In this document: positions 1-8,476 of the stretch, one piece after another | Numbering within the stretch: the first letter of the stretch is position 1 | Layout of the letters: each line of letters starts with the position of its first letter | NCBI GenBank assembly: GCA_963784355.1 | Contig: CAWAQU010000003.1 | Span: forward strand, 115,548 to 179,547 | Source of the DNA: an uncultured bacterium | GTDB taxonomy: Bacteria; Patescibacteriota; JACMRA01 | DNA length: 64,000 bases | Direction of reading: 5' to 3' | Made by a program: the position numbers and the translations under genes | The notes under the pieces: generated by a model | The model's database searches: none | The model's input: the letters and a program-made list of their open reading frames with translations, nothing else | Told to the model about the DNA's origin: nothing

Positions 1-85
1 TACCACTACCTTTTTTTAAAGCTCTACTTAAATAAGCCAGGGTTTTAGCAAAATATGAAAGTAGTATGGTTTTTAATCTCAGCAT
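1..85 (-). CDS. N-terminus of probable MurT-like Mur ligase (runs off window edge)
   Basis: ATG at 83-85; reads MLRLKTILLSYFAKTLAYLSRALKKGSG, similar to the N-terminus of MurT/DUF1727 ligases before their GxGT-LPG motif; only 28 codons visible. Confidence 0.45.
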   Translation of the reverse strand, partial: MLRLKTILLSYFAKTLAYLSRALKKGSG

Positions 86-88
86 ATT

Positions 89-730
89 TTAATTTTGTGG
101 AACAATTTGCTTGGGGCTAGGTATTTTTTCTACGATTGTTTCAAGTAATTTATCAACTCCCAATCCTGTCTTAGCGCTTACATGCAATATTTCATCTCTT
201 GGATAACCTAAAATTCTTTCAATTTCCTCACTTCTAGTTGCAATATCCGCATTTGGTAAGTCAATTTTATTTAAAACGGGGATAATAGCCAAATCCTGTT
301 CCATTGCTGAGTATAAATTTGCTAGAGTTTGAGCTTGAATACCTTGGGTAGCGTCTACTACAAGCACCGCGCCTTCACAAGCGGCCAAACTACGGGAAAC
401 TTCATAAGAAAAATCCACATGTCCGGGTGTATCTATTAAGTTTAAAACGAAGTTTTTGCTTTTCCAAGACTCGTATTTTTGGATATCTTCAGTACTCAGA
501 TCAATCATTTCATCATTTTCAGCAGTAAACTGATAATTATAATTCATTCTAACAGGCTGTAACTTTATTGTGATGCCTCTTTCTCTTTCCAAATCCATTT
601 TATCTAGGGCCTGCTCTTTCATATCACGCATAGTAACAGTGCCAGTAAGCTCCATTAATCTGTCGGCTAAAGTACTCTTCCCGTGATCAATATGGGCAAT
701 AATACAAAAATTTCTAATAAACTCAAGCAT
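89..730 (-). CDS. lepA: Elongation factor 4 (LepA), G domain only, C-terminally truncated
   Basis: [41 protein letters not shown] motifs; TAA after 213 aa where LepA is normally about 600 aa. Confidence 0.9.
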   Translation of the reverse strand: MLEFIRNFCIIAHIDHGKSTLADRLMELTGTVTMRDMKEQALDKMDLERERGITIKLQPVRMNYNYQFTAENDEMIDLSTEDIQKYESWKSKNFVLNLIDTPGHVDFSYEVSRSLAACEGAVLVVDATQGIQAQTLANLYSAMEQDLAIIPVLNKIDLPNADIATRSEEIERILGYPRDEILHVSAKTGLGVDKLLETIVEKIPSPKQIVPQN

Positions 731-783
731 GTTTGATAAATGGCTTGTAATTTAGCCCTTGTCAACTTGTCCAACTAAAGAAA

Positions 784-1716
784 TTAGCTACTCATTTTTA
801 TAACCTCTTTAATTGCCAAAAAGCCCGCATCATGATCTCCCAATTTAGGGTTTTTGTCAGGCATAATAATATAGCAATCTATTGGGGCAACATGCTTCTG
901 GATATCATCTGTTGCAAAAATCTGACCTGACTTTACTTTGGTACCGGTTTTTACGTCATCTACAATAAATTTAAAATTAATTCCCGGCTTTATAGGGGCG
1001 ATAAATTTGTAAACTTCAATTACATCTTGGTTATCTGTTTCCACAACTTCTATAATAGGCAATTTTTCCTGATCCATTAAATTAAAGTGGTTGATCGCCA
1101 TAACAACATGCTCCAAAGCTACATTTACAGTTGAACTAGCAGTATTATTACCACACTCTATTGCCAGGCTTGGTATATTTAGCTGATTTGCCACACTTAC
1201 TATTAATCCTGGAGTATGAGTTTCTTCAGTAGAGAAATGCAGTTTTATATTGGTAATTTTAGTGCTTAAATCTTTACTTTTTTCATCGGAAGCATAAATT
1301 ACAGCCTGAAAATTACCCACGCTTACGGAGTGCATATCCAGTAAAAAACTAATATCCTTGTTTTCTTTTAAGAATTTCATCACCTCTATAGCCCTTCTTT
1401 CTTCAACTGAATTGGGCAAAATATTATCAGTAAATACTCTATTCATATTGATATCAATAAATCTTAGATTCTGGGCATATGCTTCAGGATTACCTATAAT
1501 AAAAGTAATTTTACCATGTTTAAGTGCATGGTTATTTTTAGTAAAATATTTGTGAAAATCAATCATAGCCTCTACACTAGCTGGTTCACTACCGTGTAAA
1601 GCACCCACAAAAACTAGATGTGGCCCCGGCAGTCCTGAATCAATTTGAAAACTATGAGACAAGCTTGTGTTGGCATGCTGTTGGAAATATTTAATATTAC
1701 TTTCTGTGTTTGACAT
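784..1716 (-). CDS. Succinylglutamate desuccinylase/aspartoacylase family (M14) zinc amidohydrolase
   Basis: GALHGSE, NMNRVF, LDMHS, IECG motifs; ATG start taken at 1716. Confidence 0.85.
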   Translation of the reverse strand: MSNTESNIKYFQQHANTSLSHSFQIDSGLPGPHLVFVGALHGSEPASVEAMIDFHKYFTKNNHALKHGKITFIIGNPEAYAQNLRFIDINMNRVFTDNILPNSVEERRAIEVMKFLKENKDISFLLDMHSVSVGNFQAVIYASDEKSKDLSTKITNIKLHFSTEETHTPGLIVSVANQLNIPSLAIECGNNTASSTVNVALEHVVMAINHFNLMDQEKLPIIEVVETDNQDVIEVYKFIAPIKPGINFKFIVDDVKTGTKVKSGQIFATDDIQKHVAPIDCYIIMPDKNPKLGDHDAGFLAIKEVIKMSS

Positions 1717-1729
1717 AGGCTTATATAAC

Positions 1730-1753
1730 AAAAAATCCCCTTTAGGTGGGGAA
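1730..1753 (-). terminator. Intrinsic terminator (attenuator 3:4 hairpin) 5' of the M14 gene
   Basis: Minus strand TCCCC-acctaaa-GGGGA-TTTTTT, 13 nt before the ATG. Confidence 0.75.
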
Positions 1754-1787
1754 TTAAATTTAATTTTAATAATGATAATAAACTAAA

Positions 1788-1844
1788 CTATTTCCCCTTG
1801 TGTGGAGTGACCATAATAATACAAAGGAGACCAGAGTTTAACAT
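1788..1844 (-). CDS. Putative leader peptide MLNSGLLCIIMVTPHKGK
   Basis: 57-nt ORF between a consensus promoter and a terminator; contains the anti-terminator segment AAGGGGAA. Confidence 0.7.
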   Translation of the reverse strand: MLNSGLLCIIMVTPHKGK

Positions 1845-1857
1845 ACTATATACTTTA

Positions 1858-1886
1858 ATTATATTGAAAAATGCAAATTGTGTCAA
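1858..1886 (-). promoter_or_regulatory. Sigma70 promoter for leader peptide and M14 gene
   Basis: Perfect TTGACA-17 nt-TATAAT on minus strand. Confidence 0.85.
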
Positions 1887-2638
1887 GAAACCCAACTCAA
1901 CCAAGTTTGGATAATTTTTATTTGGTCTTCATCTTTTAGGTCCAATTCAGGGTGCCATTGCATCCCCAAAATTTTTTTGTTTTTTATAGAGACTGCTTCA
2001 ATTAAACCATCCGGAGCCACTGCTTCTACTTGTAAACCCTCGCCCAATTTGTCTACTCCTTGATGATGTATACTTGTCACCATGATTGTATTTTTATTTA
2101 AAACATCATATAGGATTCCATCTTTTTTTAAATCTACTGGGTGCACTTTTCCGGTTTCTACACTTTCATTATCAAAATCTCCATCTTCCTGCTTTTCTGC
2201 AGTATATTTAATGTGCTGCACTGGAGCATTTTCATCAAGGTGCTGAATTAAAGTACCGTTTTGGACTACGTTCAACATCTGGAAGCCACGACAAACAGCT
2301 AGTACAGGCAAATTCCTTTCCATTGCAGCTCTAATTAAATAGTAGTCATACCAATCTTGAAAATTTTCGCTAGTTTTATTTTCCGGTCCAGTAGTGTACA
2401 TACCTGGATCAATGTCTTTACCTCCAAGTACTATTAATCCGTCAGCCTCGCTGATATATCTGGAAATTTCATCTTTTATGGTTTCCATATCATTAATTTT
2501 TGTGTGGAAAAAAGGTACTTGTGGTAAAAAACTCTGTTCAAGTAAAAAATCGGACCATTTACTATGAATATAAATTATGGGCAAACCTTCTTTATAGGTC
2601 ATAAACCTTGGTGAAATTAGTATTTTTTTCATTTTCAT
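1883..2638 (-). CDS. Gamma-glutamyl-gamma-aminobutyrate hydrolase family (peptidase C26, class I glutamine amidotransferase fold)
   Basis: GGKDIDP, LAVCRGFQMLNV (catalytic Cys), SIHHQ, QWHPE. Confidence 0.88.
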   Translation of the reverse strand: MKMKKILISPRFMTYKEGLPIIYIHSKWSDFLLEQSFLPQVPFFHTKINDMETIKDEISRYISEADGLIVLGGKDIDPGMYTTGPENKTSENFQDWYDYYLIRAAMERNLPVLAVCRGFQMLNVVQNGTLIQHLDENAPVQHIKYTAEKQEDGDFDNESVETGKVHPVDLKKDGILYDVLNKNTIMVTSIHHQGVDKLGEGLQVEAVAPDGLIEAVSIKNKKILGMQWHPELDLKDEDQIKIIQTWLSWVS

Positions 2639-2651
2639 AAAATTTAATATT

Positions 2652-2673
2652 AAAAAATCTCCCTAAATGGGAG
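2652..2673 (-). terminator. Intrinsic terminator (attenuator 3:4 hairpin) 5' of the C26 gene
   Basis: Minus strand CTCCC-attta-GGGAG-ATTTTTT, 13 nt before the ATG. Confidence 0.75.
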
Positions 2674-2706
2674 TGATAAAAAATTGGTATAGATAATTTT
2701 GCTCCC

Positions 2707-2763
2707 TTAATTTGGATTGTCTATGTCACAAGTACAAGCTAAAAGTAACGCAAAATTTAACAT
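2707..2763 (-). CDS. Putative leader peptide MLNFALLLACTCDIDNPN
   Basis: 57-nt ORF starting 6 nt after a -10 box; anti-terminator GGGAG directly follows the TAA. Confidence 0.7.
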   Translation of the reverse strand: MLNFALLLACTCDIDNPN

Positions 2764-2769
2764 GCTTTA

Positions 2770-2798
2770 ATTATGGCAAATAATCTATTTCGTGTCAA
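2770..2798 (-). promoter_or_regulatory. Sigma70 promoter for leader peptide and C26 gene
   Basis: TTGACA-17 nt-CATAAT on minus strand. Confidence 0.8.
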
Positions 2799-2926
2799 AA
2801 TGGTATTCATTTTCTTGTGAAAAAGTTAGGAATTAGATTGAACTCACTTTATAATTGCATAAAGTAGTCCCATCCTTTGATTTAAAGCACAATTTCTAAT
2901 TTAGGTCAATAGATGCGTAGGAACAA

Positions 2927-3472
2927 TCAACTAAACTGATAGCCTTTCAATTGATTTTTATGGTTTTTAAAATCAAGATCAAACTTGCCGACCAGATCCC
3001 AAAAAGATTTAGAGTGGTTTTTTTCTTTTACATGAGCAAGTTCATGGATTGCCACATAGTCTAGTAGCTCAAGTGGCACCAAGGCCAGTCTCCAGTTTAG
3101 ACTAATCACATTTTTACCGCTACAAGAACCCCAGCGCGTATTAGCACTTGAAAGACGAAATTTAGTATAATTTAAGTCCATAACTTCTGACCAATGATCC
3201 AGTCTAGACTTAAGTAAAACTCTGGCTTTCTTTTTAACTTCAACCTCTTCGCTTTTAGCAACCCCAAGATTGGGGGCAGTATTTCGCTTTCTTTCTAAAA
3301 CTCTTTTGATAGTATTTTGTATCCAAATCTGTTTTTTTTGAATAAAATCGTGTATGAGATTTAAATTTGCTCTATTGGGTGCCCTTACTATCAATTCCGC
3401 ATCTTTGGTGATTTGCAGACTGAGAGTTTTGCGTTTTGAGTAAATGATGTTTTTGGGAGTAATAAGGCTCAT
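2927..3472 (-). CDS. YgjP/DUF45 (M48-like) metal-dependent hydrolase
   Basis: SKRKTLSL, RWGSCS, YVAIHELAH, NHSKSFW. Confidence 0.85.
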   Translation of the reverse strand: MSLITPKNIIYSKRKTLSLQITKDAELIVRAPNRANLNLIHDFIQKKQIWIQNTIKRVLERKRNTAPNLGVAKSEEVEVKKKARVLLKSRLDHWSEVMDLNYTKFRLSSANTRWGSCSGKNVISLNWRLALVPLELLDYVAIHELAHVKEKNHSKSFWDLVGKFDLDFKNHKNQLKGYQFS

Positions 3473-6400
3473 TATGATTCTTTTGATTCAAAAAACCTAG
3501 CTACATTCCAGATTTTATTTCCAAAATTGCGATATTTTTCACACATTTTGTCCGCAAGTTTTCCACCGAGTCTAAAATTACGATTTGGAATCATGTTGCT
3601 CATCATCGCCAATCTAAGACTATCTGAAGAAAATTTTTCAATCTGATCTTCCACATTTAACCCGTTACCTAGGGATTTGCTCATTTTTCGTCCATGCTCG
3701 TCTAGAACAGTTGGGTGAATAACTACATTTTGGTAAGGAGTGCTGCCTGTAAAGTATTTTGAGACCAACATCATGCGCACAATCCATTGGTAAAATATCT
3801 CTCTGGCACTAACTAAATCTTTGGTAGAGTAATATGTTTCAAAATCAGTATTTTTCTGCCCTTGCAGATGGTCTAAATATCCAAGTGTACTAAGCGGCCA
3901 CAAACAAGAACTAAACCATGTATCTAGTATTTTTGTTTCCTGCATCCAATTTCCTGGAATTTCAGGTTTTTCCGTACCGATTTGGATTTTTTCTTGGACT
4001 GCAGGATCATTTTGCCACTCATTAAAATTATAAAAAATGCGATTTGGATTTTTTTCTAAATTGTACCACACAGGGAATCGATGACCCCAAACCAGGTCTC
4101 TTGAAATACACCAGTCTTTTACACTTTCCAGATAGCTTATTGCTCTGTCTTTAAACTCTACCGGGTAAAAATTAGTTTCCTCAGCAGCTTGTAAACCGAT
4201 TTGCTGTAAATTATTGGGTTTCTCAAGCCAAATTACTACAAGACCGTTGCTTTGAATTTTGTTGTAGTATTGCTCACCAAAAAGATTTTTATAGGTTTCT
4301 TTTATATCATTTATGGTATAATTTTCTTGAATTTCGGGTACAATTTGTGTGAAATCAAGTTTTACACTTGCAGCTGAATCTAGATTCTGATATGTCTCAA
4401 CTTTTTTAATGTTAAATTTGTAAATTTTGTTGTTTACTTTATCATTTAATTCTATAATATCTCCTGATTTCATATCACCAAAGTATTTGTCTGGTTCTTC
4501 AGGATTTAAAGCCCTAGTTTCAACAGATTTTTCTCCTGATAGGATTTTATTTAAAATATCTAACTGTAGATCATTTCTAAAATTTAAAGACCAGGTTTTA
4601 GTATTGCTATCTTCACCAGTACTTTTTACTACAGGATTAGTGTAGCTCAAGAAGAACTCTTCTGAAATTAGGGGTTCAATAACCGTTTTTGATCTCTCGC
4701 AAATTACCACATTATGCTCATAATCCCAATTTATATCCAGTTCTTCACCAATTAAATCACGTAGAAATTTTATTCCTTCTTTGTATGAGTAGTTTGCTGG
4801 ATCAAAAGCTTCACTTTTTAGACTTTTGGCTACTTTTTCCCTAATTTTTGCTTCCTGTTCAATAAATTCGGTTTTTACTGGTACAAATTCTGTTTCTATA
4901 AGTTTTTTAATAACTGCTAACCTACCCTGCTCTACCGTCAACCCTTCAAACTCACCACAAGCTTCAGTAAGTTTTCCATCTCGATTTATAGGATGCTTAA
5001 ATCCAAAGCTATACCAACTTTTATTTAAAAATTCTTGATATAATTCATAATCAAATTGATCACTGGCCGGAGTGATTTTTAATATACCTGTACCAAAATC
5101 CGGATCGACTTTTTCAGAAATCAGAAGCCTAATCTTTTTTATATCCAAACTGGGTAGCTCAAAAGATATACCTAAAAGACCCGTTTTAATTGCTTCAATG
5201 GTTTCCAATGCAATTTTTTCATCAAATCCCCCATGGTCTCTTTCAAAAAGATCTAAGTTAAAGTATTCATAAAATTTACTTGGGTGCATGGCGATTCCAA
5301 TATCCCCAAAAATTGTCTCCGGCCTAACAGTTGATACTTTTACTCTGGGTAATTCAAGAGCGGATTTAATATATTTAGAAGCAAACTCATACAAAAAGGC
5401 TTTGTCCGGATTTTTATTTTGATCAAACTCCACCCCACTAAATTTATACTCAAAAGTAATAAACGGATCCACTCTATTTTCGTACTCAATTTCCCCGGCC
5501 ACATCACTCACCGCAGTTTGCAGGCCAACGGACCAATTCACCAAATAGCTCCCTTTGTAAATCAACCCATCTTCCCAGTACTTTTGAAAAGCATAATTTA
5601 TCATTTTATTAGCTCGCTCGTCTAAAGTAAACAAACTTCTTTGATAGTCCGGAGTGTCTCCCAAAATAGAACTTTGCATTTTTTGATGATCTCGCCACTC
5701 ATCCACCTTGGACCAAGCTAAATCAACCCAAAGTTCTCGGTTATTTTGTTTTAACCACTTTGGCCAAGTATTTTTTTCAATATCTTTCAATTCAGGTGCT
5801 GTTTCTAAGATTTTTTCATCAAAATCACCTTTTTTAATCAATTTATCAATCACCCCTTCCAACTGTATTCCGGCATGATCTACTCCCGGATACCATAAGG
5901 TTTTTTGAGCTTTTTGTCTGTGAATTCTGGTTAAAGTGTCCATTAAATAGTGTTGAAAAGCATGTCCTGTATGTAAGGCTCCAGTAAGATTTGGCGGGGG
6001 CATTAAAATGCTATAATTCTCGTTAGCACCTACCTCCTTATGTAAAAATTCAATTATTTTAGGACTGATTGGGTACATTTTAGTCGCATAAAAGTCATAT
6101 TTTTCCTGCTCAGATGTAAATTCATTAGTGGTGTGTCCAATTTCATCTGGTATAAAGAAAGTAGAATAAGAATTTTCAATTCCAAATATAGGCTTTTCTG
6201 TAGCAGTACCCTGTGTGATATGTTCTTCAGTTAATATTTCTCCATTTGGCAAGGCAATAGCCAGAGCCTGCACCACATACATTTTTCTGTCTTTTCCTTC
6301 AAGTTTTTCTAAGGCCTCATGAATTTTTTGCTCGGCAAATCTATCCCTATCTTCTTTAGACAATGAGTTGAAATATTCATCACTATCTCCAAACATTACT

Positions 6401-6798
6401 TTTTTACTATCCGTTCCAGGCCAATCTAAAGCTGAAAAGACAAAGCCCCTGTCTTGTGAAATTGTGGGTAAATTACTAATTTTAGCATATTCTTTAGCTT
6501 TAGTCAGGGCATCCTGTGTAAAACTCTCTCCGGTTTCTTCAACTTCAGGAAAATCAATATGTGGTAAATCATTCAAAGTCAGCAGTTCAAAATGCTTATC
6601 TAGAGCAAGTTTTTGCCAAGCTAATTTAAAAATTTTAATTTTGTGTTTGTTGGTAGTTGCAAACAGGACTTTTTTTAATGAAGTCTCTAAATTTTGATTT
6701 TTTATTTGAATTTCAGGTGAACCCACTCCATTATTTTGCCAGGTATTATAGATACTTTCTTCAAATTCTTTCGGATTATAGCTGCTAGGCAAAGACAT
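3472..6798 (-). CDS. valS: Valyl-tRNA synthetase catalytic part with inserted HAM1 and ASCH domains; anticodon-binding domain missing
   Basis: PPPNLTGALHTGH, PGVDHAGI, TVRPET, WCISRDLVWGH, DTWFSS, KMSKS; ends at RNFGNKIWNVARFFESKES. Confidence 0.92.
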   Translation of the reverse strand: MSLPSSYNPKEFEESIYNTWQNNGVGSPEIQIKNQNLETSLKKVLFATTNKHKIKIFKLAWQKLALDKHFELLTLNDLPHIDFPEVEETGESFTQDALTKAKEYAKISNLPTISQDRGFVFSALDWPGTDSKKVMFGDSDEYFNSLSKEDRDRFAEQKIHEALEKLEGKDRKMYVVQALAIALPNGEILTEEHITQGTATEKPIFGIENSYSTFFIPDEIGHTTNEFTSEQEKYDFYATKMYPISPKIIEFLHKEVGANENYSILMPPPNLTGALHTGHAFQHYLMDTLTRIHRQKAQKTLWYPGVDHAGIQLEGVIDKLIKKGDFDEKILETAPELKDIEKNTWPKWLKQNNRELWVDLAWSKVDEWRDHQKMQSSILGDTPDYQRSLFTLDERANKMINYAFQKYWEDGLIYKGSYLVNWSVGLQTAVSDVAGEIEYENRVDPFITFEYKFSGVEFDQNKNPDKAFLYEFASKYIKSALELPRVKVSTVRPETIFGDIGIAMHPSKFYEYFNLDLFERDHGGFDEKIALETIEAIKTGLLGISFELPSLDIKKIRLLISEKVDPDFGTGILKITPASDQFDYELYQEFLNKSWYSFGFKHPINRDGKLTEACGEFEGLTVEQGRLAVIKKLIETEFVPVKTEFIEQEAKIREKVAKSLKSEAFDPANYSYKEGIKFLRDLIGEELDINWDYEHNVVICERSKTVIEPLISEEFFLSYTNPVVKSTGEDSNTKTWSLNFRNDLQLDILNKILSGEKSVETRALNPEEPDKYFGDMKSGDIIELNDKVNNKIYKFNIKKVETYQNLDSAASVKLDFTQIVPEIQENYTINDIKETYKNLFGEQYYNKIQSNGLVVIWLEKPNNLQQIGLQAAEETNFYPVEFKDRAISYLESVKDWCISRDLVWGHRFPVWYNLEKNPNRIFYNFNEWQNDPAVQEKIQIGTEKPEIPGNWMQETKILDTWFSSCLWPLSTLGYLDHLQGQKNTDFETYYSTKDLVSAREIFYQWIVRMMLVSKYFTGSTPYQNVVIHPTVLDEHGRKMSKSLGNGLNVEDQIEKFSSDSLRLAMMSNMIPNRNFRLGGKLADKMCEKYRNFGNKIWNVARFFESKES

Positions 6799-6848
6799 GG
6801 ATTTATCTTTTCTAAAAAAGAAATTTTAGGCAAGTCGAGACATCATTT

Positions 6849-7277
6849 CTAACTTTGATACTCGCCATCAAGCAAACTCTGGAAATTTGAAAATAGAAAA
6901 TTTTGTGGTAATTCCTTATAATCTAGCCACCTGGCAATACAACTATCCGCTTCAAAAGCGGCAAAATCCGAATCAATTTCCATATAGTAGTTATAGCTTG
7001 TTTGTTTAAGATTATAATTATCCGGTTTAAAGACCCAGCCGTAGATACTTTTTCCCAAATAAACTTTTTTAGTGATTCTTTCTCTAGAAATCCCAGTTTC
7101 TTCCTCAAACTCGCGTATTAAAGCTTGGTCCGGACTTTCGCCCTCATCAATCCCACCGCCTATAGCTGAATACTTAAAATTTACATAAGGATTATGCAGC
7201 TCCTCAAACACCAGATATTTTTTGGTTTCAGGATTGAAAATTATCGCTTTTGAACTTTCCCTGTACTTTGTTTCCAA
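6849..7277 (-). CDS. NUDIX hydrolase (true N-terminus probably extends to about 7316)
   Basis: GGGIDEGESPDQALIREFEEETG Nudix box. Confidence 0.85.
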   Translation of the reverse strand: METKYRESSKAIIFNPETKKYLVFEELHNPYVNFKYSAIGGGIDEGESPDQALIREFEEETGISRERITKKVYLGKSIYGWVFKPDNYNLKQTSYNYYMEIDSDFAAFEADSCIARWLDYKELPQNFLFSNFQSLLDGEYQS

Positions 7278-7712
7278 ACCATCTTGAAAATGATATTCTT
7301 CTTTTAAGTAATTACTTTACATCAAAGATTTATAGTTCTTCAGTAACCAATTTCCCCATGAGCCCATTTCTGCCAAAATTTCTTGAATGCTCAACCACCG
7401 GCTAACACATTGGTCTGCTTCAAAACCTTCGATTGTACTTGAAGTTTCCAAATAGTATATTTCATGAAAATACTTGTAGTTAATCATTTTTGGTTTCATC
7501 ACAAAACCTTGTATAACTGAGCCAAGATAGTTGATTTTAGTAATTTCAGATTTTTTAATGCCGGACTCCTCTTCAAATTCCCTAAGTAGAGTTGTTTCCG
7601 CATTTTCTCCCAGGTCGGATTTGCCTCCAATAAAACTATATTTGTCCCAGGCGTAAGGATTGCCAACTTCCTCAAACACCAGATATTTTTTGGTTTCAGG
7701 ATTGAAAATTAT
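7201..7712. repeat. 44-bp identical direct repeat (7201-7244 and 7669-7712) shared by the two NUDIX genes
   Basis: tcctcaaacaccagatattttttggtttcaggattgaaaattat occurs twice. Confidence 0.9.
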
Positions 7713-7787
7713 AGCATGAGCTCCGATAACTTCCTTATACTCAGTTAAACTTGGATCAAAACTATATTCTTCATAAAGTATAGGCAT
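7317..7787 (-). CDS. NUDIX hydrolase
   Basis: GGKSDLGENAETTLLREFEEESG Nudix box. Confidence 0.87.
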   Translation of the reverse strand: MPILYEEYSFDPSLTEYKEVIGAHAIIFNPETKKYLVFEEVGNPYAWDKYSFIGGKSDLGENAETTLLREFEEESGIKKSEITKINYLGSVIQGFVMKPKMINYKYFHEIYYLETSSTIEGFEADQCVSRWLSIQEILAEMGSWGNWLLKNYKSLM

Positions 7788-7803
7788 AAAAAATAATCAT
7801 ATT

Positions 7804-8412
7804 CTACTTTTCATTTCTAAAATCATATACATACATGTGTTTTTGCAGGAAACCTTTAATGGCAATTTTTTCGGTCGGTTCAACCCCTTCAATACTAAAA
7901 GTCAGTGTGATTATAAGGCTTCCCTTAAATTTGCCCATGTTATACATTTTAGTGATCATGTTATTTAATAAGTAGCAATATATAACACTATTTTTAGGAT
8001 AATCATATTTGTATATATCCCGGCACACAAAATTTATTTTGGTTTTTCTAAACAGTTGCTTAACTCTACTGAGCAAATGTACTGATAATTCACCTTCAAT
8101 CGCAATAGCTTCTTTCCATTCAAATTTACTAGCTAAAAAGTTAGTTACATTAGCCATACCAGCGCCCGGTTCAACTAAAGAATAACTCTTGGTTTCTCCA
8201 CCTACATACCTATTTACAATGTCAATAAGAGCATCCGCCACAGGACCAATAAAAGTCGGTACATATCCCACATTGTCTTTCAAATTTGAATAAATCATGT
8301 ACTTGAGTAAAAAAGCTGTGAAAATAAGCAAAAGTACGGATATGAGTAAAATGAAAAGGCTATAAAGCAAATTTAAATTTAATACAGGTAGATGCAGTAT
8401 TGATGTAAACAT
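7804..8412 (-). CDS. Membrane-anchored class I SAM-dependent methyltransferase
   Basis: N-terminal TM helix, VGYVPT, LVEPGAG motif I, IYCYL. Confidence 0.7.
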   Translation of the reverse strand: MFTSILHLPVLNLNLLYSLFILLISVLLLIFTAFLLKYMIYSNLKDNVGYVPTFIGPVADALIDIVNRYVGGETKSYSLVEPGAGMANVTNFLASKFEWKEAIAIEGELSVHLLSRVKQLFRKTKINFVCRDIYKYDYPKNSVIYCYLLNNMITKMYNMGKFKGSLIITLTFSIEGVEPTEKIAIKGFLQKHMYVYDFRNEK

Positions 8413-8476
8413 AAGCGGTCTATTGACAAAAGTATATAAGTGCTAATTCTATTGATATTAGTTTTTTGTCAAAATT

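Noticed and set aside
83-91. LepA-MurT read-through fusion
   Set aside because: Being in frame has a one-in-three chance, the downstream gene has its own ATG, and there is no functional rationale
3472-6798. Inteins or introns as the source of the ValRS insertions
   Set aside because: No C/S...HN-C/S/T splice motifs or LAGLIDADG signatures; inserts are in frame and resemble HAM1 and ASCH domains
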